DNA of 64,000 nt from Lepidodermella squamata (Eukaryota > Animalia > Gastrotricha), in NCBI GenBank assembly GCA_047495785.1, contig JBLDXI010000025.1, positions 2,294,001-2,358,000 on the forward strand, written 5' to 3'. Positions 12,146-25,282 of this stretch are shown one piece after another. Positions within the stretch are counted from its first letter, which is position 1; every line of letters starts with the position of its first letter. Below the pieces are notes generated by a model that was not told the DNA's origin, ran no database searches, and saw only the letters and a program-made list of their open reading frames with translations. The translations under genes were made by a program, and so were the position numbers.

Positions 12146-15100
12146 GATTACTTTTATATAATAATGAAAACAAAAGAAATGATATTATCACAAGGCTAAG
12201 TTGTCGTATAGGTCGAATTTCACACTGATAACAATAAGAAAGATAACAAAGACTTGTGAGGCGTATCAAATTTCGTTTTGTTTACTCTCGGACATGTTTA
12301 TTTTCGATAATTAATCAATTATCCGAAATTCACGTAGAATTTTTGAAAAATTCCTTAAAATATTCTCCTTTCCAGAGCCTTGTTGCCCAATTTTCAGCAT
12401 TATTGCCACGTCTCAAGGTCACTTTTTTATTGACTTGGTACTTTATTTACATGCGTAGATAATTATACGGTATATAATAAGGACTTTACTCATTTGAGAA
12501 TAGGAAGCCAGTGTGAAAACATGCTAAATTTACAAACTTGGAATGCACTAAATCATCTTATCTATTGCTGTTATTTATCTAATATTTTTTTATTAGTGCT
12601 TCCTCGAATGGTGTCATTTGGGTCATTTATAAGGCGCAAATGTTGTACTTGATTATCTTTTATTTACCCATTCGAGACTATATGACTAGTCATAAATTAT
12701 GCCATCAATAGGCGTGTTGAATAAGTAGTATTAAACGTTTCTTTTCTGTTCATAAACGGCTGTCAGCCATAGCCGTCCGTTTTTGTCTGCGATTTACTTT
12801 TCGTCACGGAAAAAAATGACCAGAATTTAGGTGTAAAGCTTGCATTTTTCCGCCCGCTTTTAAACGTTTGCTGAGCAGATTTTCTTTATTGTCAAGGCAC
12901 GTTTTTTCTTTTTTCCTTTTATTTTGTCATTTTATTTTCTGTTAGAACTAAAATAAATTCCATGTAAAATGTAAAATAACTTTGTTGCAAATTTTGTAAT
13001 ACTTTTCGAGAGAAGGCAAATTTTCTTGTAATATAATTTTGAGGCTTTTCTCTATTCCTTTCCTTTTCCGTTTTTTTCTATTTTTGATAAAGGAGGAGCT
13101 TTATTTTCCCATATCCCATAAGAAATATTTTTATTTGGCAGAACCAAATTTTCTAACTGATTTGACAGAAAAAATGGCGATTACTCCAGTTGGGAGATTT
13201 CAGACCTAAAACAGGCCATTGCAGTCAGCCAATGGCCTACTCTATATGAACAATGAAGAACGTACATTATATGAACATTATTGCTATGGTTCTCAGCAGA
13301 CATTGTTGAAAAATGCGTATTGCCATAATCACGTGGTAATATTGGCGGTTTTTTACCGTGACATGCTTTCATATCAGAAAATTGAATCCGAAAAGGAGAT
13401 TAATAGATGCTCACAATATAACACACAAGTTGAGAGAGATCTTGAAAAATGTTCATTTCTTGAAGCCTGGCTCATGGTTTCGTAATTGAATTCGAAAAAG
13501 CGTCTCAACGTCTGTCTCCACGTGCCTTTCTTACAGGGTCCATGCCTCTATGGTGTACTGTAATTAAGCAATTTCGAGCCAGATCAATTACTCGGGCTCG
13601 GCTTCTTGGATTCTTTTCACCGCTATGACAGAAAAGTCAGCGTTTTTTTCTATTTTTCCTTCCTCAGCTCAATATATAGTTTTATTATTCGGGATATTTA
13701 TTTTATAAATGAATAGAGATTAGAAAAAAATTAACCTTTTCATTTGGTTTTTTATTACTTAGTGGCATATAATCGCCCATCATTTATAGTCGCTCAGGGT
13801 CATGAGTGGCCAAGTCGATTCGAAAGGATAACACTGTACAATGAACAATTTCCGAATTTTTTGAAATTTTGAAGTTAAAATTGGGCAGCCCGGGCTGATA
13901 TAGGAATAATTGAATAATATAAAAATGTATACGGCTTCCTTTTCCTCAAATATTATTCGTCCAGCCTTTATGCACGATTTCATTGAAGAAATAGAGAATT
14001 TCTTGATGGTAAAACGGAAAACCCCTTGTGATTTTCGGCATTTTACCCGGTGGACCGAATTCCGAATTTTCAATGACATATTTCAATCCTTTCTAGCCAA
14101 AACCTGTGACTTGGCCCCACATTTCAGAATTTCTGATCCCTTTTCCAAGTATTTTCTTTGTTTGCCTCACTCATGGGACACTGCAGTTCTATAATCGTCG
14201 AGGAGTTTTTTCTTAATTGTTTCCATTGTAAATTGCCTAATCCGTATCTTCGGGCAACATGCAGCCATGGCTTTTTGCCAGCAGAATATTACTTTTTTCA
14301 AACAAACAATGACGTGTGTTTTTCCAACTATGCGGAGAAAGTTTCTAAATATTTTATGTAATTTTTTAATTTTTCTAGACAATTTTTATAAACATAACTA
14401 TCTGCAATCTCCCTGTAAACACTCGCAAAAAATGACTCACGTGGAAAATTAATTTCAATTTCTTTCTTTTTTCGTTTTTTTCTCCTCAATATCGCCCTAA
14501 TTTTAATCGTATAATTAAAAAAATGGTAAGCACCCTAATTCACAAAATATCCACGTCATAGTTATTACCTGGTTTTGCCTGGATTTTCTCGTTTTTTTCT
14601 CGTTTTTTCCTCTTGATTTTTTTAGAAAGTGGCCTCTTGAGATGAGATCTTGCGGCCTTCTGTCTAAAAGTCTTGGTCGTTATTAATTAGCCCCGACATT
14701 ACGGGTTTTATTTCAGTTCGAACTTTATCTGACTCGAAATACTATTTCTCAAAAATGCATAATTAATTTTTGAAATATTTTTTTTCAATTTCTTGTAAAC
14801 AATTTCAAAATTACAATAAAATTTTGTTAAATTTCCTGTTACGCGATTTGATAAAAATGACGTAAAAAATGGAGTTGCGAATTTTTGCTATTTCCTCAGC
14901 TGAAAAAATATGAAAGATTTGAAATGTTTTGTTTATCATTTGAAGCATGTTCGATTCCCTATATACCTGAGCAAAGCGATAGCTGCCACGTGTTGGCACT
15001 CGTACAAGCTTTCTGCCTCTTAGCCATTTTTGGCACTCCTACTTGGCAATACTATAAATACTTACTTACACCTGGTTTAACAGAGAATACGTGTGTTAAC

Positions 15101-16037
15101 GCACGCGATGCCTATCAACTTTCGAGCTTTTCGACCCTTCAAGTTCAAAGTGTCAGCAGATAATTTTCGTCGTCATGATGTTGTCGTTAAACACAAGAAA
15201 AAACACTAAATGACCACACACTCGAACAGCAGCTGACCATAAGATGGCCACTTGTGTTATAGCTAATAGAGAGTGTGGAAAAAAAACTTCAGTTGAAAAT
15301 AAAAAACTAACACCGCGGCAATTACTCGCGCGCGCGCGCATGATGCATTGGTGGTGCTGCTGCTGGGTGGTGGCAGGTAATCAAAAAAAAAATTTCAACA
15401 TCGGTGTGAAAAAACTGCAATTCACGCCGGTCGATTTTTTGCCTCAACTTTATCTCTCGCAGTTATTTATTTGACGATTATTAAATTCTCGTGCCGCGCC
15501 GAGTTGCTGCCATCATCTCGAGCGCCTTGTTACAGCATAAGGTAGCAGCAGCATCAATAAGTCGGCAGTTCTCGCTCATCAGGCTATAATCGTTCTTGTG
15601 CGTGGAGAACCATTGCCCACTCCACGATGCTGCCACGTTGCTGATGATTATAGTTTAATATTTATATAAAAACGCGGTGTTTAACTACTTGTATAATATA
15701 ATAAGGAAGGCCGTGTTATAAGCTTACGCGCTGAGCTAACGGCCACGTCCCCACGCCGCATCATCGCCTGCCTTCATTGTATCTAAATAATTCGCAACAC
15801 GAGTAGCAACAGCGCGCGGTTGCCTTTTGTCAACGCGCTGGCGTCGCTCTCTCTCTTTTTTTCAGAACCCCGACTGATCTGAGCGGCCAGATTAGAAGCG
15901 CATAAAACCGCATATATTACTGTTTTACCACATATATTTTGTCCACGCGTATCGTTGACTAAACGCTTATTATTGTTTTCAATGTCCGCTCGTTAATTAA
16001 TGTTATATTATAGTATTTTTCCACCTAATGAGACTTA

Positions 16038-19000
16038 ATGGCAAAAATCAAGCTCAGCAACCAGCTCACATCGTTTTGTGTAAGTTTCGAAGAATTGATT
16101 GAAAAAAATCCTCCTTAATATTATGCATTTTTTTAGATTCTACTTTCGCTCTTCACTTTCGAGCTGGCCGCGGGCGTTGAAGAATTGCCGGTCTTTGATA
16201 AAAATGTCAACTGCCGACTGCCGCCGGAAAGTGGTACTTGTTCAAGTTACTACTTTCCTATGTACTACTACGACCCAACAGCTGGAAAATGTAGTCAATT
16301 AGTAAGTCACAGACCGCTTCGCTAATTTATATTCGCTATTTATTTTAGAATATTTTTATTAACCGCTCACACATTGGGTGAAGCGGAAACAATTTTCGAA
16401 GTTGACAACAAATTCCTTTCCGATTATCTCTTGATTTTAGATCAATAGAAAATCAAACGAAAATTCGGCAAGATTTGAAATTATATCGATCCTATTTCAA
16501 AGTTGTAAATTACTTTCGTGATAATAAAAAATATTCAAAATTAAGATTTTAAATTTATAGAAACCGGATAATCCAGTGAAGCAGAACTTGATAACCGATT
16601 TTAGTGGTCAATAATTATTTTAAAATTAGGCAGCGCATTGTTCAAATAATTACCTTGGGGATTTGAAATTAAAATCCGATTTTTTCTAAATTAATTTTTT
16701 TCTGTGGTTAATTTACTCACAAAATCTTTGATTTTAGTAATTATAAGCTACTGGTTACCGGTTATTTCTCTTTAGTGATTTTTTTCATTCAATCCATTCG
16801 TAATTTTTCAGACCGGATGTAAAGATGGTAGGTACTCACTCATCACCTGTATCACTCATAATCCTTTTTAGAAAAAAATATCTAGAGTGATGCCAAATCT
16901 CATTTCTTTTTTGCCCTCAAGCATTACTAATTTAGAATTTTTTGGAATTTTCAGTTTAATTTTTAAATTTACAAAAAATGACAGGCGCACACAGTTTTAA
17001 TTAGTAGGCTTGTAGAGAAATGTTCATCTTTTCTTTAATTTATTAATTATTATTTATTAATTTTATTTTCGATAGGTTTATTCCGGCTGTGGTGGAAACA
17101 GTAACCTATTTACAACGGAATCTGATTGTTTAACAGCCTGCGCTGGCGTGTCGGACTCTGAAGATCGGAGATCGCGGCAAATCCTAAACTCGCCGATTCC
17201 GGTTCCGCCGTCTCAGAGCAGTCTAACGAGCAGCAATTCGGTCAATTACGTGTCATATAGCTCGCAACAAACGCAACAACAGCACAACGTCGTACCGCAA
17301 CCTTCTATACAAATTCCTAATTCAATCCCAGAAAACCTTCCATCTACGTCCAACTGCCAGGCGCCGTTGGACGCAGGCTGCACCCAGGATAAACCTTACA
17401 TTTTACTTCGATTTTATTTCGACGAGAGAAGCGGGTCATGCAAGGCTGGGTTTTATTGTAAAAACGACGGCAATTACCGAGGCTTTGAAACTGAAACTCA
17501 ATGCAACACCCTTTGCACGTCCGTTGCTAACAAACCAGCCTTGCCGTGGTCTCCGCTTCAACTCCCGGAAATTCCGACGGCTCAATCCGCATCACAGCCG
17601 TTGAATTTCCCAAGTTTCCCGCGTATGCCAGAGGCGATTCAGCAGTTGACAGCGCTACAACCTAATGAGCAAAATTCCCAGCCGTTAGGTGGATTACAAG
17701 GTATGCAAATGCTTCAGCCGGTTCAGCAGGCGCTGGGCAGACAAAGGAATGGCCCGGTTGAACAGGTGGCGCAGCAAATTCAGCAGATGAGATTCATGCC
17801 TCAGTTAGCTGCCCAGGCTCAGCAGCAATTTCCGTCTCAGAACAACCAACAGCAACAACAGCAGCAGCAACAGCCATCTAGATTCTTCGATGGCCAACAA
17901 ATGCAACAGCAAAATTCAGCCCAATTTCAGCCGCAGCAACAACCGCAGAGGCCTCAACCGCCTCAGCAGCCACCAAATTTCGACCAAAATCAGCAAAACT
18001 TCCAATCAGGTCCAAGTCAGAATCAACAAATCAATCAACAGCAATGGCAGCCGTTTATTCCTCAGGAAGGGCAGCAGCAAATTCCACCGCAAAATCAGCA
18101 ACAATGGCCACAGTTTCAATCTAATCCTCAATCTCAGAATCAACAGCAAAATCAACAACAGTGGCAACAGAATCCTCAGCAGCAACAGCAACAGTGGCAG
18201 CAAAATCCACAACAACAGCAGCAACAGCAACAACAACAACAGCAGCAGCAATGGCAACAGAATCCCCAACAACAACAGCAACAACAATGGCAACAGAGGC
18301 CTCCAGAATTTCAACCGTTCCAACCCCAAATGCAGAATTCTAAGATTGATTCGCAGAATTTCCAGCAACAGCCTCCTCAACAACAGAACAGGCCACCAAT
18401 GCCAATGCAACCTCAAAATACCCGATTTGAACCCATTTTACCCGTTTCAGTAAATTTGCCCCTGAAACGGGAGCATTTGCAGAACGTTTTACCTATTGAT
18501 CCTCAACAACAACAACAACAGCAAACTCAGGATAATGGTTTTATGCTGCAGCCTGTTGAAGCCCAGCAGCCTATGCCTTTACGGTTGCAGGAACGCCGGG
18601 AACCCCCTGCACCTCGGCCTGTTATTGTAAGCTTTTCCGCGTAATTTCTGGAATCTTCCTTAATTTGCCGTAATCCTCTTAGCCTCAGTCTTCATTTCGT
18701 GTGCCCAACGACATTGCGCAGGTCAGTAATTGAGCTGTTTGTATTTTTTGACAAATTGATGCTAATTTTTTTTGTTCTTGTAGCAGCGAGACGCTATACT
18801 AGCTAACCCACAACTTTTCGTGGTCAGTCGTAATAGGCCACAGGTTGAAGAATTCGCTGTCAATTGTAAATTGTCTTTAATCTCGAGTTTGATATATAGG
18901 ATGCTCCCGTTATTCCATCAGTCCAAGCAGCGTCCGGAAACAGCGATGAGCCGATTAGGCAGTTGGTTAACATCAACCCTCCGCTGACTCAGTCCGACAA

Positions 19001-19775
19001 TCCTAACGCGGCGGCGGCTATTCTCAGCCAATACTACGCGCCAGCTTCTTTCCGGTGTCGAGGCGAAGACCTGGCAGTTTTCATTAACACAAACTCGCCG
19101 AGCCGTTGCGCGAGTCTCTGCGAGTATCGCAACCCTGAATGCACGGCCTTCTCATTTTTCGGCAACCATCGCCTGTGCCAGCTGAAAGCTAGCTGCGCCC
19201 GAGACGACGCTTTTATGATCCCTAGCGAGGAGACCTGGATCAGGGCGCAGAGGGTTCCGCAGAACGACGATATCCCAGCGACTTTACCGCCTCCCCCGCA
19301 ACGGGAGGTGCCATTTGAATTAAACACACCGGCCGGTCCTGTAATTTCTCAACGCATCTATCCTTACTACGTAGTCCCTCTAACTGCAAGGTCCAGAACT
19401 ACAACAAAAGAAACGCCCACTTCGTCACTTGTCGACGCTATGGTTTGGGAGAGGCCGAAGCCCTCAACGAGGGAGCCTGTTGTAGTAACAGCATCACCCC
19501 GGCCTACAGTCGCGCCGACAGAGGAGCCTCAGTTCCTACCGAAATACTCATCGTTAGGCTACTACTGCGGTGGCGATTTGATAAAGCGGGTAACCGGCGT
19601 CGAGTCACGTGACGAATGTGCCCAGTACTGCACGGAGTACAAATCCGAGTCACGCACGAAGCCGCTGTGTTACGTTTTTACATACAGCCGTAGTATAATG
19701 CTGTGCGAGCTTCAAGTCAACTGCTACCAGCGAGATCGCGACAACACAGCCGCTGAAACGTGGATCGTCAAGTAA
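16038..19775 (+). CDS. Secreted Kunitz + variant-Kunitz + Gln/Pro-rich region + 2x PAN protein (KP2)
   Basis: Exons 16038-16079, 16137-16301, 17076-18626, 18683-18721, 18784-18822, 18900-19775, all phase 0. The first Kunitz is split by a 774-bp intron (KCSQL|VYSGCGGNSNLF). Confidence 0.85.
17810..18530 (+). repeat. Coding CAA/CAG low-complexity tract: poly-Gln with QQQWQQNP units
   Basis: Seen directly in the translation. The QQQWQQNP-type units are concentrated at about 18155-18300. Confidence 0.9.
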
Positions 19776-20018
19776 CGGTGATGAAAAATTGTCAAGCTTC
19801 ACTAGCCAGTTAATCCACCGCCTTTTGAACGAGATATTGTATATTATGTAAACGAAACACTGTGTGTGTGTATATTTATTATTATTTTATATTGTCGTAA
19901 AAACGGTTTGAACCTCAAGCTTTTCTAGCGCGCGTTTTCAAAAAGTAAAGAGAACTGAACAATGAATATGATGGTGTACTCTAGTGCTTTGTTTACCCGG
20001 GTGTTTGGTGTCATCTTT

Positions 20019-21291
20019 TTAGGCCATCGTCTCGGAATTCACATGCCGGATGATGTATTGAAAAGCCGCATTTTGTTGTGACAGTTCCGCCACGGCTTTA
20101 AAAGTCACCACTTGAGCTTGTTTTGCCAAACGGTAACACCTCTCGAAATTTTCCCGGTTCTTCATAAATTCAACATCGTTCCGCGTTTGCTTTGTGTAAA
20201 GATTAAACGCTAGGAGAAGTTGCTGCTGGAGTCGCGAAATGCGAGCATGATTACGGCTATCATCTGGGGATTAATAATTATATATAATTGGAGATTAAAT
20301 GTAATTTTTTACCGTTGAATAGAAGAACACTCATAAGTAAAGCCGACTCGACAAAAGATGGGTTCCAAGCATCCAATGCATTCTCAAGCTCCTTGCAAAC
20401 AGCACGGCCCTCCTTAGAAAATTGAAGAATTCAAGAAAGCTAAACTAATCTCTGAATAAACCTGAAATTGAGGAAATGCGTTCAGAACATAAGGAGCCAC
20501 ATCGTAATCACTCAAACCGAAAAATCCTGATTTTCAACATTGGAATTAATTGTTTTAAAAATAATAGTAAATTCTTACCAGCTCCCTGGTTGCCTTTGAG
20601 GTTGAAATATACGGCCAAAACCGCCGGATAACTCATTGCCATGATGTAATGCTTTTCACCTATAGTCAGCCTCGTATCATTATCGCTGAAACTATCAGCA
20701 TAGCCGTGACCGATGTGGCCTGTTGATACAAGAACACCGCATCCAGCATTCAACAGACTATTAATGTCTTGGAAAAGCTGCATCGGCCGTTTCATGCTTT
20801 TCTACTCAACATTTGTGAAAAATCTGTGTAATATTAAGATATTCAACTAACAAATTCCAAGTCGTGGAGTGATGTGTAAGCTTGAACAGATGTCCTCAGA
20901 ATTTTTTCAGCACTCTCGCCATCTATCAGGGCCGGATCAATCACTAACAGTTCACGTGACGGTGATTTGGCTCCTCTATATTCTGATAGATGAGAGCCTT
21001 CCAAGTATTTACCTAAGAAATAGCGAGAATTAGCTGTACATTTGGTTAGTGTGGCCGAGACTCACTCTGCATTCCGGCGGCTATGCATTTCTCCAGCCGA
21101 CATCTCGGACAATGCTTCCGATTTGTCACATCGAATGGACAATTTAGTAGGCCATTAGTGCACATGAGTTGGAACCGGCTTCTTGCATTTCGGCGGAAGA
21201 ATTTACAACAAGCCTCACACGTTGAAGGCTGATAGTCCGGACGCCTTTTGACCGGCCCGTAGCAAACTTTGCAGTTAGTACTAGGTGTCAT
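20019..21291 (-). CDS. Divergent nuclear receptor NR-a (P-box CEACCK)
   Basis: Starts MTPSTNCKVC..CEACCKFFRR. LBD exons include WNPSFVESALL; the protein ends HVNSETMA*. It has an extra intron near 20578-20527 and lacks the mid-LBD intron seen in the paralogs. Confidence 0.85.
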
Positions 21292-21530
21292 TTTAGAAAA
21301 TTCGCGATTAAACGCAGCGCAGCGGAAAATAGATTTTAAAACTAAAATCAATATTTCCCATCAAGGGTTTTGAGGGAAAAGCCATATGGGGCAAAACCTG
21401 AGTGCCCCATAATGCATCCGACATCGATAAAAATCATTCAGCCCTCAGGTGGGTATAAATTTTAATGGAAATATCTAGGATCAAATTTTCAGCTGATAAA
21501 CTGATAATCATGCTATTATAAACTCGTTTG

Positions 21531-22816
21531 TTACAAGTGACTCATTATTCTAACAATATCGTTAGCAGTAATCAGCCCAGCTTGGGATTGCCTTGTTGCC
21601 TTGGACAACGCCCCGAGGAGATCATTCGTTGCGTTTACGGTTAAGCGGTAGCATTGCATGAAGAGATCTAGCTTTTGCTGCATAGCCTGTGGATCGTTTT
21701 TCGCACAGCTAGAATTGTTCATGCTAAACGCAAGTAGCAGTTTTTTTTGTAACTGGTCGTTGCGATGGCCTTCTTTATCGTGGAAACTCAGCATGCTGAT
21801 TAGTAGCGCCGCTTCGATGAAAGACGGGTTCCAACTATTCAACGCATCCGCCAATAATCTGCACGTGATCAGAGGCACCTGTATGACCAAGAAATGCTTT
21901 GAATTACATTATTTCGATATAAATTCAGTGCTACCTTAAAATCAGGATAAAGCTCAAGAAATATCGGCGCAAGTTCGTTGTTGAGGCCAAAAAATGTCGA
22001 TGGCAAGCTATTCGGCAGGTTGTTAAAAACGGCTTTGATATTGAACAGCGCCGTAGGGCTAATACATTCCGTCATAACGCTGTAATCAACATCTAAACGC
22101 AAAAGCGAAGTTCTGAAAAATACAAACATTTCTCAAAATTACTCACTTTCAAACTGTTTGCAGTAGTATTGGCATATTTGGCTTTCGAACTTGAGATTCT
22201 CTATACCGTTGCGAAGGATATCCGACATTTCCTTCAAGTCGGCTGGAGGCCGCTTCAAAGTGAGCTGTTACAAGTTTTTTTATGAATAATCAGAATTAAA
22301 CTAATTTAAAACGTACGAAGTCTAGCTCATGCAAATGAGTAAAGGCACTCATCGAAGTTCTCAACGCTTTTTCAGCTCCAGACGCGTCTATCGTGTCCGG
22401 ATCCCGCACCAGAGGCAATAATTGATAATTCTGACTTATATCTGTTGCAAAATTATCTGAGCTATTTTGCCGGACTGAAACCGTCGCGTAGTCGTTACCG
22501 ATATATTTACCTGTGAGTTCAGGGAATAGATTATCTTTTAAATTGAAAGTGGAATGATTATACTTTGCATGCCAACAGTCAAACACTTCTTGAAACGGCA
22601 CTTCGGGCATAAGTTGCCTTTTTCCCGTTTTGTCAGCTCGCATGGCTTGAAGTAGCCCTTTGGGGTTTGAAATCCAGCCTGAAGGCAGGGCAACTCTCGT
22701 TGGCTCTGGCATTGCCTTCGAAAGAACTTTCGACAGGCCTCACAGTTTGATGGTTGGTAATCTTTCCGTCGAGGAACGACACTCTCACAAACTCTACAGT
22801 AAGTAATCGATGGCAT
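21531..22816 (-). CDS. Divergent nuclear receptor NR-b (P-box CEACRK)
   Basis: The open reading frame is intact across four short introns. It lacks the last LBD intron (FH|DK is contiguous). Confidence 0.85.
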
Positions 22817-23178
22817 TTCGGATAAAACCAGGTGAATGTGTGGATATTGCCGTCAATAGTTATAGTTTTCCGTGATGCGTAGTCAAATCAAACATGGCAT
22901 CGGATGATTAAAACGCGTCAGCAGTGTTGCTCCCTCTTGACAGCTGATCGACCAGCGTTGGGGAGTCGCATCTCATCCCACAGCGATGAGGTGCGAAATA
23001 TTGAAATTTGTAGAAAGGTAATTTGCTTTGCGCTGACAACACACATTAATCAATACTGTACAATTCTACTATAGACATGAAAAACCCTCGCACCGGAAAA
23101 TGAGGACTTTTATATAGAAGCTACATTCTACAATGAATGATAATGAAGGAGGAAAACCCCGCCGCCTTTGACAGAACT

Positions 23179-23823
23179 TTATTCTTTATTATCAAATTTC
23201 AAATTCAAAGCAGCAGAGAGAGCACTAAATACAAGCATGTGCCGGGACATATCGGCGAGCGATGACAGCAGTTTTTCCTTAACTTGGAGAGTTTGCCAAT
23301 AGGTGCGAGTGAATAGGTCCTGCTTTCTTTTCGACGTTTCCGACCAGCCTTCGCTGGACCACAGCATTTGCAGTGTTCGATACATCTGCTTCTGCAAATC
23401 CGAAACCCATTTGTTTTCCTGTGATCGATCACCTGCGAGGGAATTTGTTGAATTCTCTCCTTTATCTATAAGAGCTACAAACCTTGAAAATAAAGAATCG
23501 CCAGTAGCAAAGCAGACTCGGGAAAAGAGGGTCTCCACAGATTGAGCAAGTTCGACAACTCTTGGCAAGCAGCAAATGTGTCCTATTATATAGAATGAAA
23601 GGCTCTAAATTCTAAATATTCACGCTATGGATGTCTTATACACTGAATTCTGGAATTCTGGTATCCAACCACAATTGAGTAACTTGCTCCGACATTCCGA
23701 ACAAAGACGGGGGAGAGCCGTTCGGCAGATTTTGGAATACAGCCTTGAGAATAATGACTCCATTTGGGTTCACGCAATCAATTTTATCTAGAGTCAAATC
23801 AGCTCTACAGGCAGGTTCGAAAT
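23179..23823 (-). other. Orphan three-exon nuclear-receptor LBD C-terminal cassette (NR-c), with no DBD or start codon of its own
   Basis: Phase-1 acceptor ttcttag|AT at 23824. The exons encode DFEPACR..NLPNGSPPSLFG / DTFAAC..WRPSFPESALL / DRSQENK..LNLKFDNKE* with no stops. AATAAA occurs twice at its end. Confidence 0.8.
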
Positions 23824-23898
23824 CTAAGAACGGGTAAAAATTCACGGAATCGTTTTCCAAGAAAGAGAGTTGGCAAAAATGTTACAAAAAAAATTCCT

Positions 23899-25158
23899 TC
23901 AAGGAAACTGAATTGCTTTTGCCGCGGATTCGAAAGCTGGAAATTTCTTTGACAGGCCATCGAGAGCTGCCAAAAGAAGCTTGCTAACAGCTAGCGTTTG
24001 ATTGTAGCATTTTCGAAATAGCGCCGATTTCTCGCCGAATTCTTGACGAGAAATATCTTTTGATTCGCTGAACCAATGATATGTCAAAGCCAAGATGAGT
24101 TGCCGCTGAATGCATTGAACCCTTTCAATCCCAAACGAGTTATCCACTAGAAACAGCTGCATAAAGAATGCATAATGAAAATTCAAATAATACCTTGGAA
24201 GTATAAAATGCTTAGTAGCAGCGAAGCCTCAGTGAAAGAAGGGTTCCATTTAGCGAGGTAAACAGCTAATAGCTTACACGCTTCGAATACTTCCTAATAG
24301 AAAAAAGTTAACTAGGTTCATAACTAGTTGCCCTATTGCTGGTCAAACCTTGAATTCAGGGAATGCCTCGAGGTACATCGGGGCAAGTTCATCCGATAAT
24401 CCGAAGAAAGTGGACAAGCTACTATTAGGCAAATTATGAAACAAGGCCTTGATATGTATGATGCTTGATGTTTTCAAGACAGCGAGATCTTTCTCTGTCA
24501 AACGCATGGCTCCATTGTTTGACGTTAAATCTACTTGTAAACTTGTAGATAGCTCCTAGAAACGCGCCTCGAAATGTATTAGAGTTACCTTGAAATGAAA
24601 GGCCATATCTGGAGCAAATTGCTAGTTCTGCCATTAACTGCTCGATGCCCAGTTCTAGGAGCCCTCCTATGCTGGTAACCGTCGTATCTGGCTTTTTCAA
24701 GGGCAGCAGTTCGAAGTCATGGAGAAGAGTGAAGCCTTTAATTGCCATCCTCAAAGCACATTCTGCTCCACTTCTTTCCCTCGCCGACGGTTCCAGTGGC
24801 AGGGAGAATGGCTGAGAAGCTGTATTTGTGTGGCTATCAGATGCTGAAATGTTTTCTGGAGATTTCTCTAAGAATTTGCCTGTTAAAGAAGTAATAGAAT
24901 GTATGAATTTGACTTACTAAACTTACTGTTTAATCCTGCTTTGACGCATTTGTCGAATCTGCATCGTGGGCAAAACTGGCCTTTCAAAGAACTGTCAATG
25001 GGACAAGATTCCAAGCGAGATTCCCCATTCCTGCATGTTAATAGCCAATGTTTCTCCACGTGGCGACGAAAAAACTTCTGACAAGCTTCACAGGTCTTCG
25101 GTTGATAGTCTTTCCGCTTTGGTACCACTGAATAACAGACCTTGCAATAGACAGTCAT
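23899..25158 (-). CDS. Divergent nuclear receptor NR-d, 5 exons
   Basis: MTVYCKVC..CEACQKFFRR; intact LBD (WNPSFTEASLL); the protein ends AIQFP*. Confidence 0.87.
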
Positions 25159-25282
25159 AATACAAAGTAAAAATGAAATTGTCTAAAAGAAATAATTCAA
25201 CTATAAAGCTATCACGGCAGAAATTCATTGGTAATTCTTAATTAATTAGTTGGTTGCGAGGTTGAAGCAGCAATAAATCAGA

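Noticed and set aside
12300-14950. Several 60-99 aa ORFs in AT-rich DNA
   Set aside because: No domain, splice chain or paralogy; likely intergenic DNA or decayed repeats.
16812-16827. Possible micro-exon (cag|ACCGGATGTAAAGATG|gtag) inside the KP2 Kunitz intron
   Set aside because: At 16 nt it would frameshift a domain that is already complete without it.
18006-18416. Leu-rich minus-strand ORF and Asn/Ser-rich alternate-frame ORF
   Set aside because: These are shadows of the CAA/CAG poly-Gln tract of KP2.
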